Source of the DNA: an uncultured Syntrophaceae bacterium
Lineage (GTDB): Bacteria > Desulfobacterota > Syntrophia > Syntrophales > UBA2192
NCBI GenBank assembly: GCA_964628025.1
Contig: CAZVLL010000002.1
Span: forward strand, 1,421-65,420
Length of the DNA: 64,000 nucleotides
Reading direction: 5' to 3'
The position numbers and the translations under genes were made by a program. The notes under the pieces are model-generated. The model was not told where the DNA came from and made no database searches. It saw nothing but the letters and a program-made list of their open reading frames with translations. Shown here in pieces: positions 16,980-26,922 of the stretch. The stretch's first letter is position 1. The number at the start of each line of letters is the position of its first letter.

Positions 16980-17818
16980 ACCTGCTGGAAGGAATTCTCC
17001 TGGGTATCGTCCAGGGACTTACGGAACTGCTGCCGATCAGCAGCTCGGCCCATCTTGTCTTCGCCCAGAGCCTGATCAGCGGATTCTCGCAGCCGGGAGT
17101 GCTCTTCGATGTCTGCCTTCATTTGGGAACCACGCTGGCGGTCGTGCTCTACTTCCGACGCGAGATCGCGGAGATTTTTATCGCGCTGCTGCCCCGGAAA
17201 TACCGGCTGTCGATCTCGGGAAGCCTCGATGCGTTTGTCAATGAAGGCCGGGCGAGGGTGCTCCGGAGATTCCTTCTCATCGGGATCGTTGCCACAGCGA
17301 TTACAGGCGCCATCGGCCTTAGTTTTAAGGACATCATTCACAGGCTTTTCGAATCGGTAGAACTCTCGGCGGCGATGCTGATCGTCACGGGCTTTCTTCT
17401 CTTCTTCGCGGACCGCGTCAAGAACCCGTCGAAAACGGAAGAACAGATGACCCTTCTCGACGGAGTCGTCATCGGACTGGTCCAGGGCATCGCCGTCATC
17501 CCCGGCATTTCGCGATCGGGATCCACGATCTCTGCCGGCCTGTTTCGAGGGCTCGAAGGGGAAACAGCGGCCCGCTTTTCTTTTCTCCTGTCGATACCGG
17601 CCATTCTCGGGGCGGCGATCCTGGAAGCCAGGCACGCCCATGCGGTCCCTGCGGGGGAGTTTCTGACCTATCTTGCCGGGGCTGCCATGGCCGCCGTGAC
17701 GGGCTATCTCACCCTGCGGTTTCTGTTCTTCGTGGTGCGGCGGCGAAACCTCCGCTTCTTTGCCTACTACTGCTGGATCGTGGGTCCGACCGTTCTGATC
17801 CTCCGGCTACTGGGGTAA
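16976..17818 (+). CDS. uppP: Undecaprenyl-diphosphate phosphatase
   Basis: BacA/UppP motifs: GLTELLPISSSAHL and PGISRSGSTI. Confidence 0.9.
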   Translation: MNLLEGILLGIVQGLTELLPISSSAHLVFAQSLISGFSQPGVLFDVCLHLGTTLAVVLYFRREIAEIFIALLPRKYRLSISGSLDAFVNEGRARVLRRFLLIGIVATAITGAIGLSFKDIIHRLFESVELSAAMLIVTGFLLFFADRVKNPSKTEEQMTLLDGVVIGLVQGIAVIPGISRSGSTISAGLFRGLEGETAARFSFLLSIPAILGAAILEARHAHAVPAGEFLTYLAGAAMAAVTGYLTLRFLFFVVRRRNLRFFAYYCWIVGPTVLILRLLG

Positions 17819-17824
17819 ACACAC

Positions 17825-20074
17825 ATGGCGGCGAAAAAACCTTTGCAGGGACGAGCACGGGAAATCGCGGGGGTGATCCTCTTCGCGCTGGCTGTCTTTC
17901 TGTTCCTGTCCGTGATCTCCTACACACCGACGGATCCGTCACTCAGCAACTATGAAACGTCGACGGCAAAGATCTCCAACATCGGCGGCATCATCGGATC
18001 CTACCTAGCCGACATCCTTCTCCGTTTTCTGGGGCTCTCCGCCTACTGGCTTCCGCTGTTTCTGCTCATTACCTCGGTAAAACTCTTTCTCGATGCCGAG
18101 TTCCTCTTTCGACCCGGATGGATCGGCGGGTTCATCGGGCTCATCGTGACGACCTCCGGGCTTTTTGCCCACGCCTACAGGCTGATCCCACTTATCGATT
18201 CCCCCTTCTCGGCGGGCGGGTTCACGGGTACTCTGCTCTCCCAGTACCTCAACGCCCTGTTTAATCCCGGCGGGACCTTCCTCTTCCTCCTCGTGGGCCT
18301 CATCATCTCGCTGATTGTCACGGTGGACCTTTCCGTCATCACGGCCTTGCGAAAGGCGGCCGCCGTCGCGCGAAGTACCGGGCGGGGGATCCGTTCCTAT
18401 ACGGTGCTCGGGCGCGAAAAAGTGGCGGACTACCTGAAGGAAGAAGCGGTGGAGGAACGCGAGGAACCGAAAAGGTCCGAGAAGAGGCCACCCCCCGTGA
18501 TCCGAGAGGAGAAGACCCCGCCTCCGGAAAAAACAAGAAAGAAAAAAATCGAGCAGACGCTTTTCGAGTTCGCTGAAGCCAAAGGGGCGTACATGCTTCC
18601 GCCGCTGACCCTTCTGGACGACGTGGCCCGCCGGGACACGAAGCAGCGGCGTGAGAATCTGATCGCCAACGCCCGCCTCCTGGAGAAGAAGCTCGCCGAT
18701 TTCGGCGTCGAGGGAAAAGTCGTGGAAGTCAAGCCGGGACCGGTCATCACGATGTACGAGCTGGAACCCGCGCCGGGAGTGAAAATCAACCGGATTGCCA
18801 ACCTTTCCGACGACCTGGCCCTTGCCCTCAAGGCGCCGAGCGTGCGCATCGTCGCACCCATCCCCGGCAAGGGCGCCATCGGGATCGAGATCCCCAACCC
18901 CGAGCGCGACGCCGTCCATCTTCGGGATGCCGTGGACAATGAAGCCTTCGCTCAGGTCAAGCACCGACTGCCCATCGCACTGGGCGAGGACATCACGGGG
19001 GCGCCCGTAATCGCCGATCTGATCCGGATGCCGCACCTGCTCATCGCGGGAACGACGGGCTCCGGCAAGAGTGTATTCCTCAACGCGCTGATCTGCAGCC
19101 TGCTGTTCAAGGCTCGTCCCGACGAGGTGAAGTTCCTCATGATCGATCCGAAGCGCCTCGAACTTGCGGCCTACGAGGGGCTTCCGCACCTGTTGCACCC
19201 GGTTGTCGTGGACCCCAAGGAAGCCGCCCAGGTCCTGCGCTGGGCCGTCGAGGAAATGGAGAGCCGCTATCGCATCATCGGCGAGACGGGCGAGAAGAGC
19301 ATCGACAAGTTCAACCGTTACGTGGAAAAAAAACAGCAGGGCCGCGAGCGGATCATCGAGGAAGGTCAGGCACAGCTGCCCGTGGACGATGCGGCGGGAC
19401 CGGATCCCAAACCTCTTCCCGCAAGGCTGCCCTACATCGTCATTGTCATCGACGAACTGGCGGACCTCATGATGGTGGCCCAGCGCAACGTCGAGGAGTC
19501 GCTCACGCGTCTCGCCCAGATGTCCCGCGCCTCGGGGATTCATCTCATCCTGGCCACGCAGCGCCCCTCGGTGGACGTCATCACGGGAATCATCAAGGCG
19601 AACTTTCCCACGCGAATTTCCTTCCAGGTTTCCTCGAAGGTAGACTCCCGGACCATCCTGGATCAGCTTGGCGCCGAGCAGCTCCTGGGTCAGGGTGACA
19701 TGCTCTTCATGCCCCCGGGCACCTCGAAGCTCCAGCGCATTCACGGTGCATTCGTCTCTGACCGGGAGATCTCGCGCATTGTGAGCTTCATCCGCAAGCA
19801 GGAAACCCCTGTTTACGACGATTCGATCCAGAAATTCAAGGTCGAGTCCCAAGAAGGCGAAAAGGCCGAGGGTGACGTCGACGAGAAGTACGATGAGGCC
19901 GTGGAGCTGGTTACGGAACTGGGGCAGGCTTCGGTTTCGCTTGTGCAGCGCTACCTGAAGGTGGGCTACAACCGCGCCGCCCGGATGATCGAGCGGATGG
20001 AAAAGGAAGGCGTCGTGGGCCCCTCCGACGGCGTAAAGCCGAGGAAGGTCCTGGCCAGAAAGTTGCCGCGTTAA
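17825..20074 (+). CDS. ftsK: DNA translocase FtsK
   Basis: N-terminal TM helices, a Pro/Lys/Glu linker, the motor domain with GTTGSGKSV and the gamma domain (SVSLVQRYLKVGYNRAARMIERME). Confidence 0.95.
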   Translation: MAAKKPLQGRAREIAGVILFALAVFLFLSVISYTPTDPSLSNYETSTAKISNIGGIIGSYLADILLRFLGLSAYWLPLFLLITSVKLFLDAEFLFRPGWIGGFIGLIVTTSGLFAHAYRLIPLIDSPFSAGGFTGTLLSQYLNALFNPGGTFLFLLVGLIISLIVTVDLSVITALRKAAAVARSTGRGIRSYTVLGREKVADYLKEEAVEEREEPKRSEKRPPPVIREEKTPPPEKTRKKKIEQTLFEFAEAKGAYMLPPLTLLDDVARRDTKQRRENLIANARLLEKKLADFGVEGKVVEVKPGPVITMYELEPAPGVKINRIANLSDDLALALKAPSVRIVAPIPGKGAIGIEIPNPERDAVHLRDAVDNEAFAQVKHRLPIALGEDITGAPVIADLIRMPHLLIAGTTGSGKSVFLNALICSLLFKARPDEVKFLMIDPKRLELAAYEGLPHLLHPVVVDPKEAAQVLRWAVEEMESRYRIIGETGEKSIDKFNRYVEKKQQGRERIIEEGQAQLPVDDAAGPDPKPLPARLPYIVIVIDELADLMMVAQRNVEESLTRLAQMSRASGIHLILATQRPSVDVITGIIKANFPTRISFQVSSKVDSRTILDQLGAEQLLGQGDMLFMPPGTSKLQRIHGAFVSDREISRIVSFIRKQETPVYDDSIQKFKVESQEGEKAEGDVDEKYDEAVELVTELGQASVSLVQRYLKVGYNRAARMIERMEKEGVVGPSDGVKPRKVLARKLPR

Positions 20075-20075
20075 C

Positions 20076-21416
20076 GTGAGTAAACAAAACGTCTACATTC
20101 TCAGCCTCGGCTGTCCGAAGAATCTCGTGGACAGCGAGGTGATGTCCGCCCTTCTGAATCGCTCCGGCTTCGATACTACCGACCGGCCCGACCGGGCCCA
20201 GACCATCATCGTCAACACCTGCGCCTTCATCCTCCCTGCCAAGGAGGAATCCATCGAGGCGATCCTGCAGATGGCGGCGTGGAAGAAGAAAGGCCGCTGT
20301 CGCCGCCTTGTCGTCACGGGATGTCTTCCTCAGCGCTACGGCGCCGATCTTGCTCGCGAGTTGCCGGAGGTGGACCTCTTTCTCGGGACGGGAGATTTTC
20401 CTGCTATTCTGGAGCACTTGAAAAGCCTTGACGAGGGCCCGCAGAAGGGGCCATGCACACGAATCGGCGACCCGACCTTCCTCATGGATGCAACGATCCC
20501 GCGGAGGGTCTCCACGCGCTTCTACAGCTACCTGAAGATCGCCGAAGGATGCTCGAATCGTTGCACCTACTGCATCATCCCTGTGATTCGCGGGCCCTTC
20601 CGCAGCCGACCCATGACCGACCTCGTCAAGGAAGCCGGCCGGCTTGCCGCCGAAGGCACGCAGGAGATCATCCTCATTGCCCAGGACACGACGGCTTGGG
20701 GTCGCGATCTCAAGGGGCGGCCCACGCTCAACGGGCTCGTCAAGCGGCTCTGCGCCATCGAGGGGCCCCGCTGGATTCGGCTTCTCTATGCATACCCGAA
20801 AAACATCACCGCCGAGCTCCTTTCGACCATGGCCTCGGAAGAGAAGATCTGCCGGTACCTGGACATTCCGGTCCAGCATATCGAAGACAGGATTCTAAGG
20901 GCAATGAACCGAAAGGGCACGTCTGCGTTCATCCGGAAAAAAATCGCGGAAATCCGGGAGGCTGTTCCGGGTATTGCGCTGCGTACGTCGCTCATCGTGG
21001 GGTTCCCGGGGGAAACCGAGGAACAGTTTGAACGACTTCTGCGTTTCGTCGAGGAGACTCGCTTTGAGAGCCTGGGGGTTTTTACGTATTCACCGGAAGA
21101 GGGAACGGTTGCGGCGGGACGACCCGGGCAGATATCGGAAGAGGAAAAGGTACGGCGGCAGGGCCTGATCATGGAAACCCAGGCGGCCATCTCGGACGAA
21201 ATCAACCTGTCGCGCATCGGGACCCTGGAAGAGGTGCTCCTCGAGGGAAAAACCGACAGGACCGATTTTCCCTTTTACGGCAGAACGCGGTTCCAGGCGC
21301 CGGAGATCGACGGGATTACTCACATCCGTGGAGAGAATCTCTCGCCGGGAACATTCGTCCGCTGCCGAATCACCGCGTCGGAAATTTACGATCTATATGC
21401 AGAAAGGGCGGACTGA
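20076..21416 (+). CDS. rimO: Ribosomal protein S12 methylthiotransferase
   Basis: MiaB-family layout: an N-terminal UPF0004 Cys triad (LGCPKN..NTCAF..TGCL), the radical SAM motif CSNRCTYC and a TRAM C-terminus. GTG start. Confidence 0.85.
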   Translation: MSKQNVYILSLGCPKNLVDSEVMSALLNRSGFDTTDRPDRAQTIIVNTCAFILPAKEESIEAILQMAAWKKKGRCRRLVVTGCLPQRYGADLARELPEVDLFLGTGDFPAILEHLKSLDEGPQKGPCTRIGDPTFLMDATIPRRVSTRFYSYLKIAEGCSNRCTYCIIPVIRGPFRSRPMTDLVKEAGRLAAEGTQEIILIAQDTTAWGRDLKGRPTLNGLVKRLCAIEGPRWIRLLYAYPKNITAELLSTMASEEKICRYLDIPVQHIEDRILRAMNRKGTSAFIRKKIAEIREAVPGIALRTSLIVGFPGETEEQFERLLRFVEETRFESLGVFTYSPEEGTVAAGRPGQISEEEKVRRQGLIMETQAAISDEINLSRIGTLEEVLLEGKTDRTDFPFYGRTRFQAPEIDGITHIRGENLSPGTFVRCRITASEIYDLYAERAD

Positions 21417-21441
21417 TGATGCGCGATGCATCGCGGGCTCC

Positions 21442-21603
21442 CTAAACCAGGCCCAGCTGTTTTCTTCTTTTCTTCTCATCGCTCTCCAAGCAGCAGCGCT
21501 TGTATTTCTTGCCGCTTCCGCAGGGGCAGCGATCGTTGCGCCCGGTCTCTTCTTGCTTTGCGGGCTGCCCGCCCGCACCGAATAGCTTTTCCAGAAACTT
21601 CAT
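21442..21603 (-). CDS. Small SEC-C motif (SecA C-terminal-type zinc-binding) protein, 53 aa
   Basis: Not in the ORF track. [53 protein letters not shown] contains the [13 protein letters not shown] motif. AAGGA lies 6 nt upstream. It sits 19 nt downstream of the FKBP gene. Confidence 0.7.
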   Translation of the reverse strand: MKFLEKLFGAGGQPAKQEETGRNDRCPCGSGKKYKRCCLESDEKKRRKQLGLV

Positions 21604-21622
21604 GGCTGTCCTTTTCTTCGTT

Positions 21623-22072
21623 TCAGTCCGGATCCTGCGAAGGGCTCACCTCGATGATTTCGATGTCGAAGACGAGGGTTTTACCGGCCAGGAAATGATT
21701 CAGATCCATCTTGACCACCTCGTCGAGAATCTCGAAGACCTCGGCTGAAATTTTGCTTCCCTGCGGGTCGACGAGTTCAAGCATCATCCCCTGCTCAAGC
21801 TCCATGTCCTCGGGAATTGTGCTTTTCGGAATGTCGACGATCAACTCCACCTGTCGGGGACCGTAGGCAAATTCGGGCGCAATCACGACCGTTTTCTTTT
21901 CTCCCACCGTCATCCCGACCACAGCCTCTTCGAACCCGCGGACGACCTGCTTCCGGCCGACCGTGAACGTCAGGGGTCGTCGTCCCGACGAAGAATCGAA
22001 AATCTCTCCATTCTCGATCCTGCCTGTGTAGTGGGCACTGACCGTGTCCCCTGACTTGATACCATTCGTCAT
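21623..22072 (-). CDS. FKBP-type peptidyl-prolyl cis-trans isomerase (SlyD-like, no His-rich tail)
   Basis: [22 protein letters not shown] and an IF-insert-like segment. The start is trimmed to MTNGIKSG (ATG 22072) from track start 22177. Confidence 0.8.
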   Translation of the reverse strand: MTNGIKSGDTVSAHYTGRIENGEIFDSSSGRRPLTFTVGRKQVVRGFEEAVVGMTVGEKKTVVIAPEFAYGPRQVELIVDIPKSTIPEDMELEQGMMLELVDPQGSKISAEVFEILDEVVKMDLNHFLAGKTLVFDIEIIEVSPSQDPD

Positions 22073-22330
22073 GTGTACCCCTCTCCTCGCTTCTCCCGTT
22101 TGACCCCGCCATGCCGGGCATGAAAAAAACCGCCGATCTCTGCGTAGCCCGGCGGTTATTCCTGTGCCACAAAACACGTTCTTGACGGATCCTCAACACT
22201 GCAAATTCTCTTGAGGTTCCTCTCGTTCGGCTATATATAATGGTTCGCTGGCAAAGGAAAGCTCTTTTTTACCAACAAGAAAAGGAGGCATTCTAGGAAG
22301 AGGATTGCGTCTGTTGCCGGTAGCCTTTTT

Positions 22331-23269
22331 ATGTTCGAGCCATCTTATCTGAAACTATTTCGTGAAGGGGCTCTGCAGGAGCGCGCCCGGGAGGCCGTCG
22401 CGCGCCTGCGGGAGTGCCGGCTCTGCCCCCGGGAATGCAGGGTGAACCGTCTGGATGGCGAGCAGGGCTTTTGCAAGACGGGCCTCAATGCGGCGGTTTC
22501 GAGCTTCGGACCTCATTACGGCGAGGAATCGCCGCTGGTAGGCTCGAACGGGTCAGGGACCGTTTTCTTCAGCTCCTGCAATCTCCTCTGCACTTTTTGC
22601 CAGAATTATGATATCAGCCACCTTCGGGAAGGCGCGGAGGTCGAGCCGAACAGGCTTGCCGCCGTCATGCTTCACCTGGCCCGGGACGGGTGTCACAACA
22701 TCAACTTCGTCACCCCGAGCCATGTCGTCCCGCAGATCCTGGAGGCGCTGATCCCGGCCATCGAGGGCGGGCTCAACGTTCCCTTGGTGTACAACACCGG
22801 CGGCTATGATTCCGTCGAGACGCTGAAGCTCCTCGATGGTGTCTTCGACATCTACATGCCCGACTTCAAATTCTGGGACAACGAGTGGGCAAAACGATTC
22901 TGTTGTGTCGGCGATTACCGCGAGCGAGCCATGGAGGCGATCCGGGAAATGCACCGACAGGTGGGTGATCTCGAAATCGATCATTCCGGCGTCGCCGTTC
23001 GGGGGCTTCTGGTCCGACATCTCGTCATGCCGGGCGGCGTGGCAGGAACGGAAAGGGTCATGCCGTTTTTAGCTTTGGAGATCTCGAGACACACCTACAT
23101 CAACGTGATGGACCAGTACCGCCCCTGCGGGAAGATGGAAGTAGACTCCCCGATCAACCGCCGGGCCACCCGCACAGAATACGAACTCGCCCTGGATCAG
23201 GCCCGCCGGGCTGGGCTGTACAGGCTGGATGGCCGGGTGAAGGTGAACGCGAGGGGAGAGGAACACTAA
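22331..23269 (+). CDS. Radical SAM protein, PflX-like (homologue of pyruvate formate-lyase activase)
   Basis: CNLLCTFCQN radical SAM motif plus N-terminal CRLCPRECRVNR..GFC. Confidence 0.75.
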   Translation: MFEPSYLKLFREGALQERAREAVARLRECRLCPRECRVNRLDGEQGFCKTGLNAAVSSFGPHYGEESPLVGSNGSGTVFFSSCNLLCTFCQNYDISHLREGAEVEPNRLAAVMLHLARDGCHNINFVTPSHVVPQILEALIPAIEGGLNVPLVYNTGGYDSVETLKLLDGVFDIYMPDFKFWDNEWAKRFCCVGDYRERAMEAIREMHRQVGDLEIDHSGVAVRGLLVRHLVMPGGVAGTERVMPFLALEISRHTYINVMDQYRPCGKMEVDSPINRRATRTEYELALDQARRAGLYRLDGRVKVNARGEEH

Positions 23270-23285
23270 GGAAGGTAATCTTCAT

Positions 23286-23492
23286 ATGCCGATTTTTGAG
23301 TTTCGTTGCGGGAAATGCAAAAACACCTTTGAGACGCTCGTCTTCGGAAACCAGGAGGTAACCTGCCCGAAATGTAAGGGCAAGAAGGTGAAGAAGCTCA
23401 TGTCCGCCTTCAGCCACTCAAAAGATGGAAAGTTCACGAGCTCCGCAGGCTCGGGCTGCGGGACCTGCAGCTCCGCCAGTTGCGGCCCTTGA
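23286..23492 (+). CDS. FmdB-family zinc-ribbon protein
   Basis: MPIFEFRCGKCKNTFETL..VTCPKCKG is the canonical CxxC..CxxC FmdB N-terminus. Confidence 0.8.
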   Translation: MPIFEFRCGKCKNTFETLVFGNQEVTCPKCKGKKVKKLMSAFSHSKDGKFTSSAGSGCGTCSSASCGP

Positions 23493-23537
23493 GGAAAGTG
23501 AATCAATCCCAGGTTCTGGGATTAAGGGTGTGAATCG

Positions 23538-23744
23538 ATGGAAAGCAAGAATTGGCTTCAGGCACTCAAGCGATCCCGGAAGGATCGCTGGCTGGGCGGG
23601 ATCTGCGGGGCGCTGGGGAACCGGACGCCGGCTCCGTCCTGGTCATGGCGGATCCTGTTCGTGTTTTTGTTCATGATCTACGGGACCGGTTTTCTTCTCT
23701 ACGTCCTTCTCTGGATCTTTGTGCCGCAGGAAGAAGAACGGTAA
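23538..23744 (+). CDS. PspC domain-containing membrane protein
   Basis: KRSRKDRWLGGICGALG followed by a TM helix and LWIFVP. Confidence 0.75.
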   Translation: MESKNWLQALKRSRKDRWLGGICGALGNRTPAPSWSWRILFVFLFMIYGTGFLLYVLLWIFVPQEEER

Positions 23745-23746
23745 TA

Positions 23747-25408
23747 TCATGAATCCTCCATAGGGATCTGATCGCCCCCCCCTTCCAGCACGTCTCGAAC
23801 CTTCTTCAGCATGTCCTCGAGTCGGTAGGGTTTCGCCATGAATCCCGCGGCCCCTGCTTCCATGACGCTCTGGACCGTCTGGGTGGCCGCATAGCCGCTG
23901 GCGATGAGCACCTTCACGGACGGGTTCAGCCTCAGGAGTTCTTTCAGACATTTGTCCCCTCCCATGCCGGGCATCCCCAGATCGAGAATCACCAGGTTGA
24001 TGCGTTCCGTCTGCCGGGAATAGACCTCGACGGCCTCCTCGCCGCTTCGCGCCGTGAGCGCCGTGTAACCGAACTGCTCGAGCGTGCTTTGGCCGATGTC
24101 CAGGATGTCGGGTTCGTCGTCGACGATGAGGATCGTTTCGATGCCACGGAACTCCCTCTTCTTGCGCGCTTCTTTTGCCGATGCCGGCCGATCCTGCCTG
24201 AGGGCCGGCAGGTAAATCCGGAAGGTCGTCCCCGCATCTCGATTGCTCTCACAAAAGATAAGTCCCCGGTGGCTTCGGACGATGGCGTAAACAACGGCCA
24301 GCCCGATCTCCGAACCCGCGGCCTTTGTCGTGTGGAAGGGCTCGAAAATCCGCTCCCGGCTTTCCCGACTCATCCCGTGTCCCGTGTCCGTGAAGGCAAG
24401 CTCCACATGGATTCCCGGGTTCGTGCCCTCGTGGGTGCGGCAGAACGCGTCATCCAGGCGTACGTTTCGCGTCTCGATGACGATCCTTCCGCCTGCGGGC
24501 ATGGCTTCCTTCGCATGGATACCCAGATTAAAGAGGACATGCTCGATCTGAACCGCGTCCCCGTCGATGGAGTTGAGATCGGCCGCCAGCCTCAGCTCCG
24601 CCGAGATCGATTCGGGGATCGTTCTGGCCAGTGTTTTCTGGGCCTGCCGGACCACCTCGTTGAGATCGAGGGGATCAAATCGGACCTCCTCCCGTCGGCT
24701 GAAGATGAGAATCTGCTTCGTGAGGGCCGCTGCCCGCTGGACACAGCGCTCGATTTGCGCTAGCCACCCCTGTTCCGTCCGGTCTCGATCGCCCCGCAAC
24801 ATGAGAAGCTGAATGTACCCCGAGATGGCCTGCAGGTGGTTGTTGAAATCATGGGCGATTCCGCCGGCCAGCGTTCCCACGGCCTCCATCTTCTTGGCAT
24901 ACTGGAGCTGGGACTCGAGGTTCGCCTGCGCGGTCGCGTCGCGCATCAGGTAAAGCACCGCGGGACGCTCCTCCCAGGTAATGGGAACGGCCCGGACCTC
25001 GGCCGGGAAAACGTTTCCGTCCTTGCGGATCGCGCCGAAACAAAGCGTTTCCCCCGAGCTTGATCCGCCCAGCACCCTGCGGTACTCGAGAAGCACTCTC
25101 TCCCTGTCCTCGGAACGAATCAAATCCGAGAAAGGAATGGCGGCAAGTTCCCTGGCCGTATGGCCCGTGAGTTCCGTCATCGAACGGTTCGGGAATTTGA
25201 CGACCTCGTCCTGGGCGATGAAGATCCCGTCGAGGCTCTTGTCCATCAGAAGCCTGTTGCGCTCCTCGGAATGCTTCAGCTCCCGGGCAAGCGCGGCAAA
25301 CTCCTTTTCCATCTCCTCGAGATAACGGACGCGCTCGCGAAGCGCCGAAAGCTCCTTCATGTGCTTTTCTCTCTGGGAATCTGTCACCGGTTCACTCCTC
25401 CTGTCCAT
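23747..25408 (-). CDS. Hybrid sensor histidine kinase/response regulator (coiled coil, PAS, HisKA, HATPase, REC)
   Basis: H-box GGIAHDFNNHLQAISGY, the HATPase G-boxes (DTGHGM, GSEIGLAVV) and a C-terminal receiver (ILIVDDEPDI..DLGMPGMGG..K). Confidence 0.9.
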   Translation of the reverse strand: MDRRSEPVTDSQREKHMKELSALRERVRYLEEMEKEFAALARELKHSEERNRLLMDKSLDGIFIAQDEVVKFPNRSMTELTGHTARELAAIPFSDLIRSEDRERVLLEYRRVLGGSSSGETLCFGAIRKDGNVFPAEVRAVPITWEERPAVLYLMRDATAQANLESQLQYAKKMEAVGTLAGGIAHDFNNHLQAISGYIQLLMLRGDRDRTEQGWLAQIERCVQRAAALTKQILIFSRREEVRFDPLDLNEVVRQAQKTLARTIPESISAELRLAADLNSIDGDAVQIEHVLFNLGIHAKEAMPAGGRIVIETRNVRLDDAFCRTHEGTNPGIHVELAFTDTGHGMSRESRERIFEPFHTTKAAGSEIGLAVVYAIVRSHRGLIFCESNRDAGTTFRIYLPALRQDRPASAKEARKKREFRGIETILIVDDEPDILDIGQSTLEQFGYTALTARSGEEAVEVYSRQTERINLVILDLGMPGMGGDKCLKELLRLNPSVKVLIASGYAATQTVQSVMEAGAAGFMAKPYRLEDMLKKVRDVLEGGGDQIPMEDS

Positions 25409-26756
25409 CCTTCCTGCCGCGATCCCGGGCTGCCTCTTTCCGTATCCTGCGCCATTTCAGCAGACGATCCCGGATCACCTTCTCGTAGCCGCGGTCCGTG
25501 GGAGAATAGTAGACCTGCCCTTCAAGCTTCTCCGGAAGATAGTCCTGGGGAACAAAGGCCTCCTCGAAATCATGGGCGTATTGATATCCCCTTGCGTAGC
25601 CGAGGTCGTCCATGAGTTTTGTGGGCGCATTGCGGATGTGCAGTGGAACGGGCAGGGTTCCCGTCTTGCCGATGACGGACTTCACCTTCCCGTAAGCCTT
25701 GTAGATGGCGTTGCTCTTGGGGGCCGTCGCAAGGTAGACGGCTGCCTGCGCCAGGGACAACTCTCCCTCCGGAAGACCGATGAAATGGAACGCCTGCATG
25801 GCCGCCAGGGCTATGGTGAGGGCCATCGGGTCTGCGTTGCCGATATCCTCGGAAGCGAAACGGATCATGCGCCTTGCAATGTAAAGAGGGTCCTCGCCCG
25901 CCTCGAGCATGCGGGCAAGCCAGTAAAGGGACGCATCGGGATCGCTGCCCCTGAGACTCTTGTGCAGAGCCGAGATCAGGTTGTAGTGCTCCTCACCGTC
26001 CTTGTCGTACTGCAGGGCTTTGCGTTGGAGGGCTGACTCGACCAGGCCCAGCGTAATTTTGCGCTGTGCGGCATCCCTTCCGATCACCAGGGAGGCCGCC
26101 GCCTCGAGGTTGTTGAGGGCCGTACGGGCATCGCCGTCGGCGGCCCGGACCATGTGATCGAGCGCCTCGGGATCCGCTTCGATGGAGAGCCCGCCGTATC
26201 CTTTCCTGGGGTCGGAAAGCGCCCGGCGGAGAATCTCCCCGAGTTCCTCCTCGGTGAACGGTCGAAGGACCATGACGCGGGTGCGGGACAGAAGGGGAGA
26301 GATGACCTCAAAAGAAGGGTTCTCGGTCGTGGCTCCGATCAGCGTGATGAGGCCGCTTTCCACGTGGGGCAGGAACGCGTCCTGCTGGGCCTTGTTGAAA
26401 CGGTGAATCTCGTCGACAAACAGGACTGTTTTCCTCCCCGTTCGCTCAAGCTCGATTCTTGCTTCATCGATGACGCCCCGGATCTCCTTCACGCCGGAGA
26501 GCACGGCCGAGAAGGTGGCAAAGTTGGCTTTCGTGTCGCCGGCGATGATACGGGCAAGGGTTGTCTTGCCGGAACCGGGCGGTCCCCAGAAAATCATGGA
26601 AAAGAGGCGGTCCTCTTCGATGGCCTTGCGCAGCAGCCCCCCCTTGTCCAGGATGTGGGACTGGCCCACATACTCTTCCAGATTTTCCGGACGCATCCGG
26701 TCTGCCAGGGGACGGGCGCTGTTCATTCGATCATCGGAGGATTCCATTTGTTTCAT
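25392..26756 (-). CDS. rarA: Replication-associated recombination protein A (AAA+ ATPase MgsA/RarA)
   Basis: [41 protein letters not shown] and the MgsA C-terminal domain. The start is trimmed to MKQMESS (26756). The upstream part of the 571-aa track ORF looks non-coding. Confidence 0.9.
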   Translation of the reverse strand: MKQMESSDDRMNSARPLADRMRPENLEEYVGQSHILDKGGLLRKAIEEDRLFSMIFWGPPGSGKTTLARIIAGDTKANFATFSAVLSGVKEIRGVIDEARIELERTGRKTVLFVDEIHRFNKAQQDAFLPHVESGLITLIGATTENPSFEVISPLLSRTRVMVLRPFTEEELGEILRRALSDPRKGYGGLSIEADPEALDHMVRAADGDARTALNNLEAAASLVIGRDAAQRKITLGLVESALQRKALQYDKDGEEHYNLISALHKSLRGSDPDASLYWLARMLEAGEDPLYIARRMIRFASEDIGNADPMALTIALAAMQAFHFIGLPEGELSLAQAAVYLATAPKSNAIYKAYGKVKSVIGKTGTLPVPLHIRNAPTKLMDDLGYARGYQYAHDFEEAFVPQDYLPEKLEGQVYYSPTDRGYEKVIRDRLLKWRRIRKEAARDRGRKDGQEE

Positions 26757-26922
26757 GGGACACTGCAGAGAAGGAAGTTTGCGGGCACCGGAACAATACC
26801 ACGTCTCACTGTGAAATACAATTGCGGGCGATGGCGGGCCGGAACGACAACAGAGAAAAAAATCCCCCCGGCAGTTTGTTCGGAAAAAATGCCGGGGGGA
26901 TTTGCCTTTGTCCTTTATTTTT

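Noticed and set aside
18005-19852. 615-aa minus-strand ORF opposite ftsK. Similar long shadows lie opposite the RNase gene (29423-30730), murJ (36664-37752, and the alternative frame 36477-37802) and trpB2 (26915-27694, 27553-28419)
   Set aside because: All overlap genes with unambiguous family signatures and show no motifs of their own.
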